Positions 1-12,835 of a stretch of DNA of 64,000 bases are shown one piece after another (position 1 is the stretch's first letter; every line of letters starts with the position of its first letter). Under the pieces are notes generated by a model that saw nothing but the letters and a program-made list of their open reading frames with translations, had not been told where the DNA came from and searched no databases. Both the position numbers and the translations under genes were made by a program. Source of the DNA: Hemiscyllium ocellatum (taxonomy: Eukaryota); NCBI RefSeq assembly GCF_020745735.1, contig NC_083435.1, forward strand, positions 32,673,231 through 32,737,230. Reading direction: 5' to 3'.

Positions 1-3000
1 GCCTGTGTTTGTGAGGGAAGAGGAGATAGTTGCAGCAACAGCTCTGAATTTACAATTGCCAGGAATGCAATCAGAATAATTGGAAATTGGAAAAGAATCA
101 ATTGCGAAAAAAGCACCTTGAATTGCAGGTAATGACAAGGCGGGAAAAAACGAAAAGTTTTTGCCCTTGAAGAATAAAACGGAGGAAAGGAAATTAACAG
201 TTTTAATTTCGATTAACCACAGATGAAAAACGAAAAAAGGAAAAAGAACAAAAAGGAAAAGAAAGGATAGTCCTAGCAGAAGAAAGCGAGACAGCCAGAG
301 AAGAGAGGGAATAAATGAAACACTTTTGAACTTAAGATGTTGGCAATGAAAGAAGAAAGTCGGCTTAAAATGGCAAAGGCAAAGATAGAAAATGGGGCAG
401 TGATGGGGACAGTGATGAAGAGCAAAGACACCACAACGAAAAGCCTGATTGTCTCTTTAAATATGTCCAAGCTTTACCTAAGTTTGAAGACAAGATGGGA
501 AAGTTCTTTTTTTTCATGATGGAGTTGCTAAAGTAATTAAATGACCAATGACCATATTGTTAATTCAAACAAAATTTGCAGGTAGAGCTAGTAAAGTGCT
601 CTGCATCACTATTAGAGGAGTTTTCCAAAGATTCTGAATTTCCTGCAAAACCATCTTGAGTGCATTTGAGCTAGTGCCAGAAGCTGACGGGCCATATTTG
701 AAGAATCTAAGGAGAGAATCTTGTTAAATGTACGCATCATTTCAAAGAATTAAACAAAGTAACTTCAATAGATGATTTGGGGATTGAAAATAGATTAGAC
801 ACGTGATGGTCTCAGAATGGCCGTTGTTTTGGAGGAGTTTGAAAATTCAGTTTCTAAAAAGTGCAAAACTCATATTGAAGGGTAGAGAGTGACAACTACA
901 AAATTAGCAGCAGACATTACACATGATTATAAGCTATTTTGTAAGTTTTTTTTGTTCTGATATCAATTTCAATTTGTGGGGACAGATGTTCGAGCAAGGA
1001 GAAATCTTCAGATAGTAAAGGAAAAATAGATCTCATTAATGATAGTAAAGACAGTTTATCACAGGTTAGAAATGAAACTCTAAAGGGGAAAAGATAAATA
1101 AAAAGCCTCAGGTGTTCCCACTGTAACTAAGCAGAACATATGAAGTCGCAGAGTGGCTGATTTAAAAATAATATTGGGAAGACAGATTGGTAAACTAGAA
1201 ATAGGCAGTCGGGTTCCTTAACGTGGTAAAGATTCCAGTGAAAGCTGAAGAGCTGCAAACAAACGAATAGCATGGTCATGGGTTGACTCGTAAGAATGTA
1301 CAAGATCTCGTTAAAGAATTCAGCTGCGTGGGTAGGTTTTGATCAAGTGTACCAGGATAAGTGGGTTAAAAAGAAAGAACATTTTCAGAGGTAAATACCC
1401 AAGTCAATCTTTGCTGGTGAGAGAAGAGGATGTAGGTACTTTAGAAGAAGTATTTCCAGCGAAGATAGTAATATGTGGAATTCATGGTGAGAAGAGAAGC
1501 ATTCAATTCCATAAGGTGAGACTGAATAGTCCGATTAAAAGTGATAAAGTGAGGATTTTCAAAAATAATGGAACACTTTATCTTTGGGAATATTATAACT
1601 CGATCACAGCTGGAAGTCATGTCTATTGCGATTGAAAAGCCAGTGGAAAATGAGGCAAATGAGATGCCGCAGGCAGTGTACCCTGGGATTACTTCTGACT
1701 GTGTGGTGACAAGGTCACAAAGGCACAGATTGAAACTGGAGCAGAAATCAAAGAATAAAAATAAGCAAGTTGAAATTCAATTATCAGAAACTGTATTTGA
1801 TGAAATAGTCGAGAAATAAATAAAAAAGCAAGAGGTGAAAGATGAAGTGGATATTGTCAGTTGAGAGGGATTTGTACACTGACAACAAAAAGAAGAAAAA
1901 GTAAAGTAGTTGTATCAAAACCATATTTAGAATATGAATTTGAGAGCATGACGGAATGTTACTACCTTAAACTGAAGGATGTGTAACAAGTAGGAGGTCA
2001 TTTTGGGTTAAGGAGAACTCAAGTCAAACTGGCGAAAGAATATATTGGCATGGACAGCACAGAGATGTATTTGAATGTTGCTGGATATGTCATACTTGAT
2101 AAGTAACATCAGCACCTCAGGCATTGATAAACCAGTACCATTATTAATTATTCTGGTATTTGAGCAAACGTTTGCAAGAGTCTTAATCGATTTTTTAGTA
2201 TACCTCCCTAAAACAACAAATGGAATTCTATAATTGTTGACTAAAACTGATGTGTCCACGAGGTTTCTGGAAGAAATTCTATTACACAATGTTGCAGCTA
2301 TAAGTATTGTAGAAGATTTTTTTTCTTTTATTATATATCACTTTCCAATGGAAATATACTCAGATCAGGGACTAAATTTTGCATCAAAATTATTCAAGGA
2401 AGTTATGAAAAGTTTAGAATTAAAACAATTTACACAAATTAGCTCCCATCCAGAATTGCAAAGAGCGTTGGGACGGTGGCATTCAAATTTATTGGCCATG
2501 TTGAGGACTTATATTCAAGATTACCCCGAGGATTGGCATAGAGGAATTCGATTTGATCTTTTTAAAATTAAGGATGCACCTGATTGAGCAACTAAATTCA
2601 GTCCATTTAATTCGTTTTTGGACATATAGTGAGAGGGTTACTAAAATCAATTAAGAAAAATTTGGAAAGCAGAGTTCAGAAACCACTAACTTGGACTATG
2701 TGCTAACTTAGAGGGAAGCCTTAAATATAGTGGCTGATTTCGCTGGATGGCATTTGAAAGGAGCACAGCATGTGGTGAAACAGGGACCAGTAAAGAAATC
2801 AAAACTTCATGAGTATCTACCAATCGTAGACGAATCTTTAAAAGCAAGTGTTAGTGGGCCTTATCAAATGGAAAGGAAATTGAGCGAAGTGAATCATTTG
2901 ATAAGAACACTAAGTAGAAGCAGAAATCTCTGAGTGTGTTATATGAATCTATTGAAATGTTATTTCCAGAAGGAAGGAAAGCAAATGGATAAGGTGAAAC

Positions 3001-3768
3001 ATTACAACTCATAATGACGAGTCAATTTCAGGTAATTTGAATTTGACATTCCTCAAGTTAAATAGGATAATGAGAAAGTTCTCAAAAACTGAGATACATT
3101 TCATAGAATCCGTATAGTGGGCTATTCAGTCAAACAAGTCCACACCAACCCTCTGAAAATCATATGGGACAATAAGCTAGGAAATACTAACATGATTATG
3201 GGTGATGTATATACAAGAAATGATGTTCCAATTAACAAACATCCCTATAGATATAGCCCTCTAAAATTGGCTTCGTTTCAAACAGAGATTCAGACCCTGT
3301 TGAATTAGATATAATCAAAGTGAGCTGCAGAGAATGGAGCTTGCCCATAGTGATAGAACTAAAACTAAATGGTACCCAACGTTTTGTGTGGATTTCCGTG
3401 ACAGCAATGCACTTATGAAATTTGCTTCATACCTTATTTCATAGCTGGAAGACTGTATCGCGCAGGTATGACAAGTAACTTTTACTTCAAAATCAACTTA
3501 CTGAGTGGTATCTTTATCTGAGAGTGTCCAGGTAACTTCAGCTTTCATGGCACCAAATGGACCTTATTAGTTCAAAGTTTTGCCATTTGGTATGAAAAAT
3601 GTGCCAGCTGCATTGCAAAGACTAACTAATTAAGTTACTTCAGGATTACAGGATTATGTGGTGCACAGAGACGGTCTAGTAATTTTTATTCATACAAGGA
3701 GGGACATTTGCAGCATCTATGGGAATTGTTTGGTGGACTGCAAAACATGCTAAACCTGGCTGAAACTG
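1..3768. repeat. Tail of an upstream tandem-duplication unit (array extends left of the window)
   Basis: 1-3768 aligns with 25133-28900 and 46896-50660 (gcctgtgtttgtgagggaag at 1, 25133 and 46896) and ends at the same Gypsy/CR1 junction as unit A. Confidence 0.95.
1..3768 (+). mobile_element. Degenerate Gmr1-like Gypsy LTR retrotransposon (gag-PR-INT-RT order), truncated in RT
   Basis: gag ELVPEA motif at about 668; decayed CCHC knuckle (CSHCN*AEH) at about 1113; CVVTRSQ; integrase EIYSDQGLNFASKLF at 2234-2587; GPYQ; then RT (KHPYRYSP, FGMKNVPAALQRL). Integrase precedes RT. Many stops and frameshifts. Confidence 0.85.
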
Positions 3769-4765
3769 GCAGGTGGACTTTAATTCAGATAAATGTGAGG
3801 TGCTGCATTTTGGAAAAAAAAATTAGCAGGATTTATACACGTAATGGTAAGGTCCGATGGAGTGTTAGTGAACAAAGAGACCTTGGTTTATTGCTTCTTG
3901 AAAGTGGAGTCGCAGTTAGATAGGATAGTGAAGAAGGCATTTGGTATGCTTTCCTTTATTAGTAAGACTATTAACTACAGGAGTTAGGAGGTCATGTTGC
4001 ATCTGTACAGAACATTAGTTAGGCCATTGTTAGAATATTGCGTGCATTTCTGGTCTCCTTCTCATTGGAAAAATGTCGTGAAACTTGAAAGGATTCAGAA
4101 AAGATTTGCAAGAATGTTCCCAGGGTTGGAGGATTTGAGCAATAGAGGGAAGTTGAATAAGTTAGGGCTTTTTGCCTGGAGCGTCGGAGGCTGAGGGGTG
4201 ACCATATAGAGGTTTACAAAATTATGAGGGGCATGCATAGGAAAAATACACAAAGTCTTTTCCCTGGGGTGGGGGAGTCCAGAACTGAAGGGCATAGGTT
4301 TAGGGTGAGAAGGGAAAGATATAAAAGAGACCTAAGGGGCAACTTTTTCACGCAGAGTGTGGTGTATTAATGGAATGAGCTGCCAGAGGAATTCACACAG
4401 GCTAGTACAATTGCTATATTTAAAAGGCATCTGGATGGGTATATGAATAGGAAGCGTTTGGAGGGATATGGGCCAGATGCTGGCAGGTCGAATAAGATTG
4501 GGTTTGGATAACAGTTTGGCGTGAATGAGTTTGTCCGAAGGATCTATTTCCATGCTATACATCTCTATGACTATAAGTAGTTAGACATGGATACAATTAC
4601 AACATTTAAGAGACATTTTGATGAGTATGTTAATAGGACCGATTTGGATGGATAAAGGCCAGGCCCAGGCAAATTAACTTTATCTCGGATTATGGTTAGC
4701 ATGGATTGGTTGGACTGAAGAGTCGTTTCCATTCTATATGACTGGATAACTGTATGACTCTATTC
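3769..4765 (+). mobile_element. CR1 LINE 3' part (RT C-terminus and 3' UTR) followed by a second CR1 3'-end fragment
   Basis: FNSDKCEVLHFG, LYRTLVRPLLEYCVHFWSP, GNFFTQ motifs; ctctatgact-type tails near 4570 and 4760. Confidence 0.9.
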
Positions 4766-7011
4766 TGACTGCCACCTGCATGTAGAGTGCTGTTAATGTC
4801 ATTTCTAAATTATTTAAATCTGTACAATGGGAACGAAACAGTTTGGCAGATTCAAACACAATTTTTTTTTAACGTGCTTATTTTTAATTGACTTGACACA
4901 ATAGGATGAGCATTTCAGTGAGTACGTCTTTGTACCAATTACTTTTCTGAAGAACTTGCAGTTGTCTTTGTTTTCTCTAATGTAAAAAGATGTCAACTGT
5001 ATGCTTTGGAAGTAATGATGCAGAACACAGAATATATATCTTCAGCTCCCTTTCAGTGGTTAAAATAGGATACTGGCTAAGTTCACATCGATCTCTTTAT
5101 ATTTCTTCCCTAACATATTAATTACAGTTTGTATTTAACTTAGTGACATATTCCGAGTTACAAGTGCATTGTGATAGCTACTGGATTTCTCACACGGTTA
5201 TTTAGTTATTGTCAGAAGTTACTGAAGAAGAATTCATCAGTAAGGTAGTTTGAATCTTAAATGAGGCTTGTCAAAGTTGGGTATCCGTAACTACAAACAT
5301 GCATTGTTATTACTGAGAAAGAATTCAGACATGGAAACAAAAAATTCATCGATTTTCGTCAACTCTGTATCTTTGGTTGATGGTTTTCTCTCAGCATTGT
5401 TGCGTCATCAGTGTTCCTTTCCCATGAAATTGTAAGTACAATGTGGCTAATCATCAGCATATCAAACAGTAAAATGTGTCGAAATGAAAGCAATAGGTGA
5501 GAGCAGTTTCTGTCATGAAAAGAAAATGTTAGTCAAGTTGCTGACATGTTGAAGCTTGATTTTACATAGCAGGATCATGAGATTTTTGGTTACTTCCCGA
5601 GGTTCGTACAGAAAATAGACTAGAACGCTTTCTAAAATGTTTCAAATGTATTTAACTTCTATCAAATTATTTTCAGCTTAGTTAATTTAGTTATAACTTT
5701 GTAGCTTGTGGCAACAATTTGAAACAATTCTATCCAATTTAAAAGCAACAAATAATCAGATTACATAAACAATGAAAGCAAAAATGCAGGACAAGTGCCA
5801 GATTGCAAATAGGATTGTAATTTCGAAATCAATGTAGGAAATACACAACATTAATTTAAGATCATTGTATCAAATGTGAAATTCATTACTTCTGATACTG
5901 CATAACCAACATTTATCAGATGATGCGTTTAGAGACATTACAACATCGAAGGGTGAGATTCACTGAAGTTATCAGTGCTGCCAAAGATGGAAGTGACTAA
6001 TTACTATCTCTCCTTATATTGAAAGGAAAAACAGTAGACAGTTCAGAACTCTGAGGATTTTCAGCGGCGAACAGGAGGCATCGCCGATTCATTGTGATCT
6101 CAAGCACAGGAGTATGTGGCCAAATGTGTGGTAATTGCACTTGAACGTGGATATATGTGAAATTCTTCACTTTCGAGAGAAAGTAGCAAAAGCAGAATAT
6201 TACTTGAATAATGATCAACTGGGAAATGTGAATGTCGAAAAGGGTCTTCACGTCTTGCTACGCCAATCAATCAATGTAATGTCCGCCCTGCCTTCACCTC
6301 ATCTTCTCCCCTGATGCTGACATGACCGATTTAATACTTACAGGAGTGGTGATTTTGCATCTCCTCTATTCGAACATTCTTGCATATTTCTGCAAATTCA
6401 TCTCTAATTTTAAAATGGGACTCGACTCTAATGTGAAAAAAGCCGTACTTAGAAGTGAAAGAGCTAAAGAATATGCAGAATAAATTATTTGCGAGTTTTG
6501 AAGTCAAAATTAATATTTTATTTTCGTTTGTTATGAATGTTTTGCTCTACAGCTGTATATGTTCCTGCTGTCATATGCATTCTGGTTATTTTACTCTTTC
6601 TCCACGCTCTATCATGCCGTCATTAAGTTCCCTCCCAACATTTTGTTCACACTCATTAGACTATATGGTTCCATGACCCTTCTGGAAACATTACAGCGGC
6701 TTTTGTTCCCGTTCTCCATCAACCACCACTGTTTGTCTCTGTTCTTTATGTTGACCTACATTAATATTGCTGCTGTTTTCACTTTCAATATTCTTTGTTC
6801 CAGCTATTTAACTTATACCATCCACTCCATCTAGAACTGACAGGTTTTTGTTTTTGTTTGTCTCTTTCTGTATACAAATCCCACTATACAAAAGTATCTG
6901 AAAGTCAGAAATTTACGTGGACATACTTGTTTTCAGCACTGTCTGTAAATTACTGCTCAACTTGCAGCAATTCATCCAAAAGAGCATATTGGGACTGGTC
7001 CAGCTTTGTTT

Positions 7012-7341
7012 GGACAACGCAGTGGATCAGTCGTTAGCACTGCACCAGGGAGATTGGTTCGATTCCAGCCTCACCGACAGTCTGTGTGGAGATGGCACAT
7101 TTTTCCCATGTCTATTTGGGTTTCCTCTGGGTGCTCCGGTTTTCTCCCACAGTCCAAAGATGTGCCGGTTTGGTTAATTGACAATGCAAAATTGACAATA
7201 GTTTTCAGGGATGTCGAGGTTAGGCGGATTAGTCAGGGCTAAATACAGGTTGTGGGAATTAGTTTTTGGTGGGTTACTCTTCAGAGGGTCGGTATCGACC
7301 TTATGGGCTGAAGGACCATTTTTGACACGATAGGGCTTCTA
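7012..7341 (+). mobile_element. HE1-type tRNA-derived V-SINE
   Basis: A-box-like agtggatcagtcgttagcac, B-box ggttcgattcc, V-core gggtttcctctgggtgctccggttttctcccacagtccaaagatgtgc. Confidence 0.85.
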
Positions 7342-8483
7342 AGTCACGAACTTTGAAATTGAAATGCTAACTCTTCTACCCATTTCTGTGTCTCCAGTAC
7401 ATGCAATGTGCTTAGGAACATTGCCACCAAAATATCATCTTGCCCCTTAGCCCTACCAAAATTAATGACCCTGAACGCAAACCCAGACGTGAGGCATTAA
7501 TGTTTCTCCTGAAAACATTGTAAAAACCATGTTCCCCGCACATTTGTGCACCATTTAATGCAGTTAATATTCGAGTAGTTGGAGTTATGTGTCATTATTG
7601 ACCTTTCTTTTCTGCACTTCTCTGCATTTACAATACACTGCTTTCAGAAAGTTTATGCATCTAAAGCAAATCTTACAATTCCTTTGTCCTTCTCTTTGTC
7701 ATTTGCTCCTGCATTCAACTTTCATGCACTTATTTCAGTTTATCCACTGTCTCAGAGCATTTTCTTCCATTATGCTTCTGAAAATTCTACAAACAGAATG
7801 TCAAGCTTTCATTCGTGACGTTTTGTAGGCTATACCTCATTAGGACTACGTTATGATGCTTACAGTATATAACTTTGCCTTCAGGTCTTCAGCCTTATTT
7901 ACTAGAAGCCATTACTATGAACAATGTAAACATGTTCTGAACAAATGAATCAGTAATGTTGCAATGAGAACAGCAGATCTTGTTTGTCTTATTATTGACC
8001 AGAACAGAGACGAATGGTAGAAGAGAATAAAGAGGAATTTTAAATTATTGAATAATGTAGTCTTCAGTACAGTGTTTCATCTTTGATATAGTCAAATATT
8101 GCAAGGGCATCACCGTAAAGAGAATACTTCCAGAGTTGGTTCGTACATTCACATTTTTCAGGGGAGGGCAGATTGAAGAAAATAGCTTTAATGTTCTCAA
8201 AGCAGAGCTAAAGGAGCTCGAGATGGGAGAAATAACAGAAAGTTGAGAAAAGCTACCAGAAATGAGTTGTAATTTCTGTTTACCATAAATGATAGCAATA
8301 AGCACTCGGTTATAATGCATTATACATGTTGTGTTACAGGGCAGCAGTTTAGATTTTCTAGTGACGTCTTGCCCGAGCTTTTTGTCCAGGACTTCGACAG
8401 ATATTATGGTTGACATACTTGAAAGAAAACTTTTCTGAAATCTTTGGGAAAAGCTTTGATAATGTAACGAGAGGCATGCCCTA

Positions 8484-8595
8484 GATGTAAGTTTGCTTGC
8501 TGAGCTGGAAGATTTGTGAAAACTAACCTTCCAGCTCGGCGTGCAAACTTATATCCACACATCCAATCTGAGCTACGAATGTTCTCAAGACTTGA
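8484..8595. repeat. 28-bp inverted repeat (collapsed Penelope-like terminal repeat) downstream of the GPCR stop
   Basis: Arm 8484-8511 pairs with arm 8528-8555 (24/28) around a 16-nt loop. The sequence resembles the shark Penelope end cttccagctcagcgagcaaacctacatcc...ctgagctac (from memory). Confidence 0.7.
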
Positions 8596-8764
8596 CCAGT
8601 CTTGGTACCATCAATCAAATGCTGTGGCGTTTGCAAACACAATGGTTACCCAACAAATTAAAGAATTTTGCTATCAGCAGAGATCCCTGCTGTAATTGAA
8701 ATGATGACATTCTGAAGCCTATTGCTATGTTCATGTCTTCGAAGTATTGCAAAGCATCTTGGTC

Positions 8765-9675
8765 TCAGTTGTTTCGATTAATGATTAATTTCATAAATGA
8801 AGTCAGCGGACATTTCACTGAATTTTTGAACTCTTCCCTGAACTTTGTCTGAGTCACACCATAAATAAACGTGTTTGTGCAGGAGCTTAAACTTCGCATC
8901 ATAATTCCTACTTGTTGAAAAATATGAAGTGAATCGTTGTAAGCTGAAGGATCTGTTCCTGTAGCGTAGTAATATAAAAACTCTACAACATCTATGAGCC
9001 ATAGGAGTATGAAACTACCGGATATGGTAAAGAGCAAAATTACAGATTTCCTTCTGTTTTCCATCTCGGGGTCAAGTTGATTCTTCCGCTTACTGTGTAG
9101 TGTTAGTGCTTTACGGACGCGACTGGACCCCATTATATGCCTGACTGTCAAAGCGTTCAGCAGCAATATTAGTGTGAATGGAAGCAAAGGGTTCAATACA
9201 GTGTCAAACCAGTTAAATGCCACCCATGTAGGCTCCGTAAAGTAGTTTGGGTTGGTGAAACAAAACCAATGTATATTGTTGATTATTTCTGCAGATTCAA
9301 GTGTAAAGTAGAATGGAACATTTTTGAAGAAAAATAGTAAAGCAGTCGTTGTCAACGTCACAGCTGCAGTTTTCTTGATGCAAAACGTTGTTCGGAACTT
9401 CTGGCAACAGATTGCCACAAATCGATCAAAGGAGAAAGTGACAGTAAACCATACAGACCAGTCAAAAGCTGTGCAGCCCAGGAAAAATATAGTACTGCAC
9501 AATGGAGTGATTTCCAGGAATGAACCTGGGAAAAAATAATAGCTGATACGCCATAGAATGACCTCAAAGTTAATTACCAGAAAATCTGCGATTGCCATAG
9601 CCAGCAAGTAATGGGTCGTGCATACAGATAGTCCACATCTTCCCCGGGACAGGATTATAATCACGATTAAGTTAG
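8765..9675 (-). CDS. Orphan class A GPCR, GPR139/GPR142-like, copy A, exon 2 (911 nt)
   Basis: Acceptor ttattttgcag| at 9677-9676. Contains NLIVIIILSRGRCGLS, AMAIADFL, SFDRFVAICC, PLLPF, FILLW and CTNTFIY; seven hydrophobic segments together with exon 1; stop at 8765-8767. Confidence 0.92.
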
Positions 9676-9794
9676 CTGCAAAATAAATATGCACATGCAT
9701 TAACTTACTGAATAGATGCTCTGAGCAGGTTCTGAAGAGTAGGTGGTGAAACACAAATACCCAAAAATTGATGATCACCATTTTATCAATTAGT

Positions 9795-11632
9795 GAAAGC
9801 TCTGAGACTTGAATGTCTTCCCATGGAGATGAAATGTTAGGAATATTACCAGTGATAAGAGATCCCTTCAATGTGAGGTTTGTGAACCCTATCAAATTGA
9901 CAGAAAGTTGATCGAGTTGAATTATCTATTAAAGATGTCAGATAGAAAAAAAAAGGGATTGGGTATGTCATGTGAACATGTTGATACCATATTATACTCG
10001 AGAGAATGAATTGGAGAAAAAGGTGCTAGTTACTGTCCCGTAGAGTAAGGAATCAAATCCAGATTAAGTGGATTTTGATATGCCTCAAAACATATTTTAA
10101 AATGGTGAGGTCCTGAATATTGGGGTGGTTTAGTAAACAATCTGTCTCAGGAGCATAGAAAGCAGTTGACGAGTTTTCTACTTAGTACAAGGACATATGT
10201 GAGAATCTGTTGGGCTGGATGGATGCTATTGTACATGAAGAAGATGTGGGAAATACTGCTCTAATAAAGCAACACCCGAATCAGCTTAAGCATTTCAAAG
10301 CCAGACAAGTCCAGGTGGAAGTGGAGTCCATGCTTGACGCGGACATCATCAAACCAAGCCAGAGTGAGTGGAGTTCACCGATCATCTTAGTTCCCAAACA
10401 GGACAGGACTCAACAGTTGTGCACTTATTATCGGAATGTCAACGCCATTACAAAATCGGACTCATATGCAACTGCTAGATTGGAGGTCTCTATCGAGAAA
10501 GTCGGCCTAGCCAGTTACATCACAAATTTGGACTAAATGCCTGGTTACTGACACGTATCTTTATCAGAAACAGTGAAATAAATTTCCGCATTTATAACCC
10601 CAAATGGGCGACATCCATTCAAAACGATGTTCTTTGGAATGAAATATCCACCGGCCACATTCCAAAGACTCACGAACACAGTTGTGTCTGGGTTAATAAA
10701 CTGTGCAGTCTATTTGGACGATGTTGTGATCTTCAATAAGTCCTAGAAAAATCACTTGGTACAGTTAGCAGAGTTATTTGAAAGACTACAAAAAGCAAAT
10801 CTGGTAATAAACTTAAATAAAAGTGAATTTTCAAAAGCAGAGGTGACATTCTTGGGACATAACATTGATCATGGAACGTTGACACCAAGGAATGCAAAAG
10901 CGAAAGCTCTCGAGATATTTCCACGACAAACTTCGAAGACAGGCTTCAATTCTTAGTGGATTCAGTGGATTCTATTGGAAATTTGTGCTAAACTTCAGAA
11001 GAGTAGTGGTGCCATTAACCAATTTGCTGAAGAAGAACACAAAGTTTGATTGAGAAAATAATGCAAGCAGACATTCAAACGTTTAAAATCAATATTAACC
11101 ACCAAACCAATTTTCTCTACAACAAACGCTTTAAAACTTTTTTTTAAAGTTGACATTGATGCTTAGTGACACATGAGTTGGAGCTGTACTCCATCAGGAA
11201 GATGAGGATGGTAGAAATGCCAAGCCATCAGCATTTACAGACTGCCAAACAAAAAGCTCTCTTAAAAGTACCTTTATTGATCAGTGACCTGTGGAAATCC
11301 TGAAGCAGAAGAAAATTTGAACAGAAAGATTCCAAAAGAGGTTTTGGCAGCTGCCTGGTTTTGAAATTACTTTTTTTTTGGAACATCAGAATCGGTGGAT
11401 TCTGTAGGGTTAGTATTTTAGAAGTAGAAGGTAATAGGTTAGAGAAAGGAGTTGTAAATAAATGTTCATCAATGATTCTCTGTTATATTTTAAGAAATAA
11501 AATTATTAATTTTTACTTTAAATCGTTCGTGCACTCTCGAATTTTCACAGATTACTGCATGGACTGCATGGACTAACTCTTTTCTGTGTTGCTGATCTAA
11601 ATTAAGCTAAGGGGTTTGCCCGTGTTCGAACA
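9795..11632 (+). mobile_element. Second Gmr1-like Gypsy fragment (INT C-terminus, RT, RNase H start, LTR part) in the GPCR intron, antisense to the gene
   Basis: GDEMLGILPV...EPYQI; SEWSSPIILVPK; YLDD at 10711-10722; VTFLGH; FKVDIDA; LTR-like end ...cgtgttcgaaca. Confidence 0.85.
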
Positions 11633-12768
11633 GCATCTATCATTAACAATTTTGAGTAGTTCAGATTCTTCAGAAGCATAATTCATGATAGTGTCGCAGA
11701 ATTTGTTTGTTCCACGCAAAAGCGCAAATGGCTGTGTGATATCGTCTTGAATGTGAGCTGAGCAAACATTCCACTTCATGGAACTATCTTAACAAAATAC
11801 TTAAAGAAGAAATATCGTCACTTGTGAGGGAATGCAATGCTCGTTTTCATCAGTACAAGAATGTCAGTGGTAAAACTTAGAATAGTTGTCTGAGAGACAG
11901 CTTTCCTTCGAGGCTGTTTAGTACGAACATCTGATATCAAAACACTGGCGTCCATGCCAGGTTTAAAAAGAAGGCAGATCAAGGAGAAGTTAATAGTTCC
12001 CTGGTAACAGGCAATTTTAGAAAAAAAGTATTAATGCTGCCTACCAATCAAGAATATAGCTTGACGAGAACGAGCATGGTAGTTTTATACTGCGTAGGGA
12101 ATTTATTTCAATATCTCATTAGTAATTTATTGTAGCATTGAAATTCGGGGAACCAAGGATTTGCACTCAGAAAGCTTGTGATTACAAGTAAATCTTTTGA
12201 ACTATAATCTGCTGTCGTGTAACTTCTGACTATTGTAGCATTGTCACTTTTAAGACATTGCACATATCGACAGAAAGAGTTCAATCAATACTGTACTAAG
12301 TAATTCGCTGTTAAATATTTGTTACCACCAACATTCATCATTTTAGATCTGATTTTTGAATTAGAAAAAGAAACTCAATGTTGCTTGTTCTTAAGTGTGT
12401 TTCTCCTGCCAGGGAGACAATTTATGTAAATGAATGAAGAGATAATCGATTACTGTATGCATAGAGACACTGAAATATCAACAAATAGTCCTGCAAAATT
12501 TAATCAGTTACCAAACAATATGATTTACTGTAAAAACTTTCTTCCTTCGTTCGTAAGTTTAAAGTGACTGTACGAAATGGAGACATCCATCACGTAACAC
12601 TGGGCTCTCACAGTGAGTCGTTGCTGTTTCATCTTTGTTAGTAATTCGTACTAAACCACTGTCTGTGAATTAGTCACAACGAAACGAGCACAGAATATCT
12701 CAAGAATGCAAAACAAAAGCCCAGTAAACATACTCTTCTGCATAAATCAAGTTGTTACATTCGCTTAC

Positions 12769-12835
12769 CAGGAATGCCAATGATGGCAAGAATCATGTAG
12801 TATATTCTTCTGATACTGTAAAATGTTTCACGCAT
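12769..12835 (-). CDS. GPR139-like GPCR copy A, exon 1 (67 nt, MRETFYSIRRIYYMILAIIGIP+G)
   Basis: ATG at 12835 and donor CCTG|gtaagc at 12768. The phase-1 join G|CT restores the TM1 motif GIP-A-N; 67+911=978 nt, giving 325 aa plus stop. Confidence 0.88.

Noticed and set aside
3708-3923. Functional Gypsy-CR1 chimeric reverse transcriptase
   Set aside because: The Gypsy YxDD is decayed (HRDG) and both sides have stops and frameshifts.
7012-7080. tRNA gene
   Set aside because: The A/B boxes belong to the SINE head, which continues into the V-SINE core.
6455-8416. Short hydrophobic ORFs as membrane proteins
   Set aside because: T-rich non-coding composition; their recurrence in unit B reflects the recent duplication, and some change length between copies.
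9676-9895. N-terminal extension of the 376/368-aa GPCR ORFs
   Set aside because: It runs through a good splice acceptor into antisense Gypsy sequence, is frameshifted between the copies, and lacks the TM1 half supplied by exon 1.
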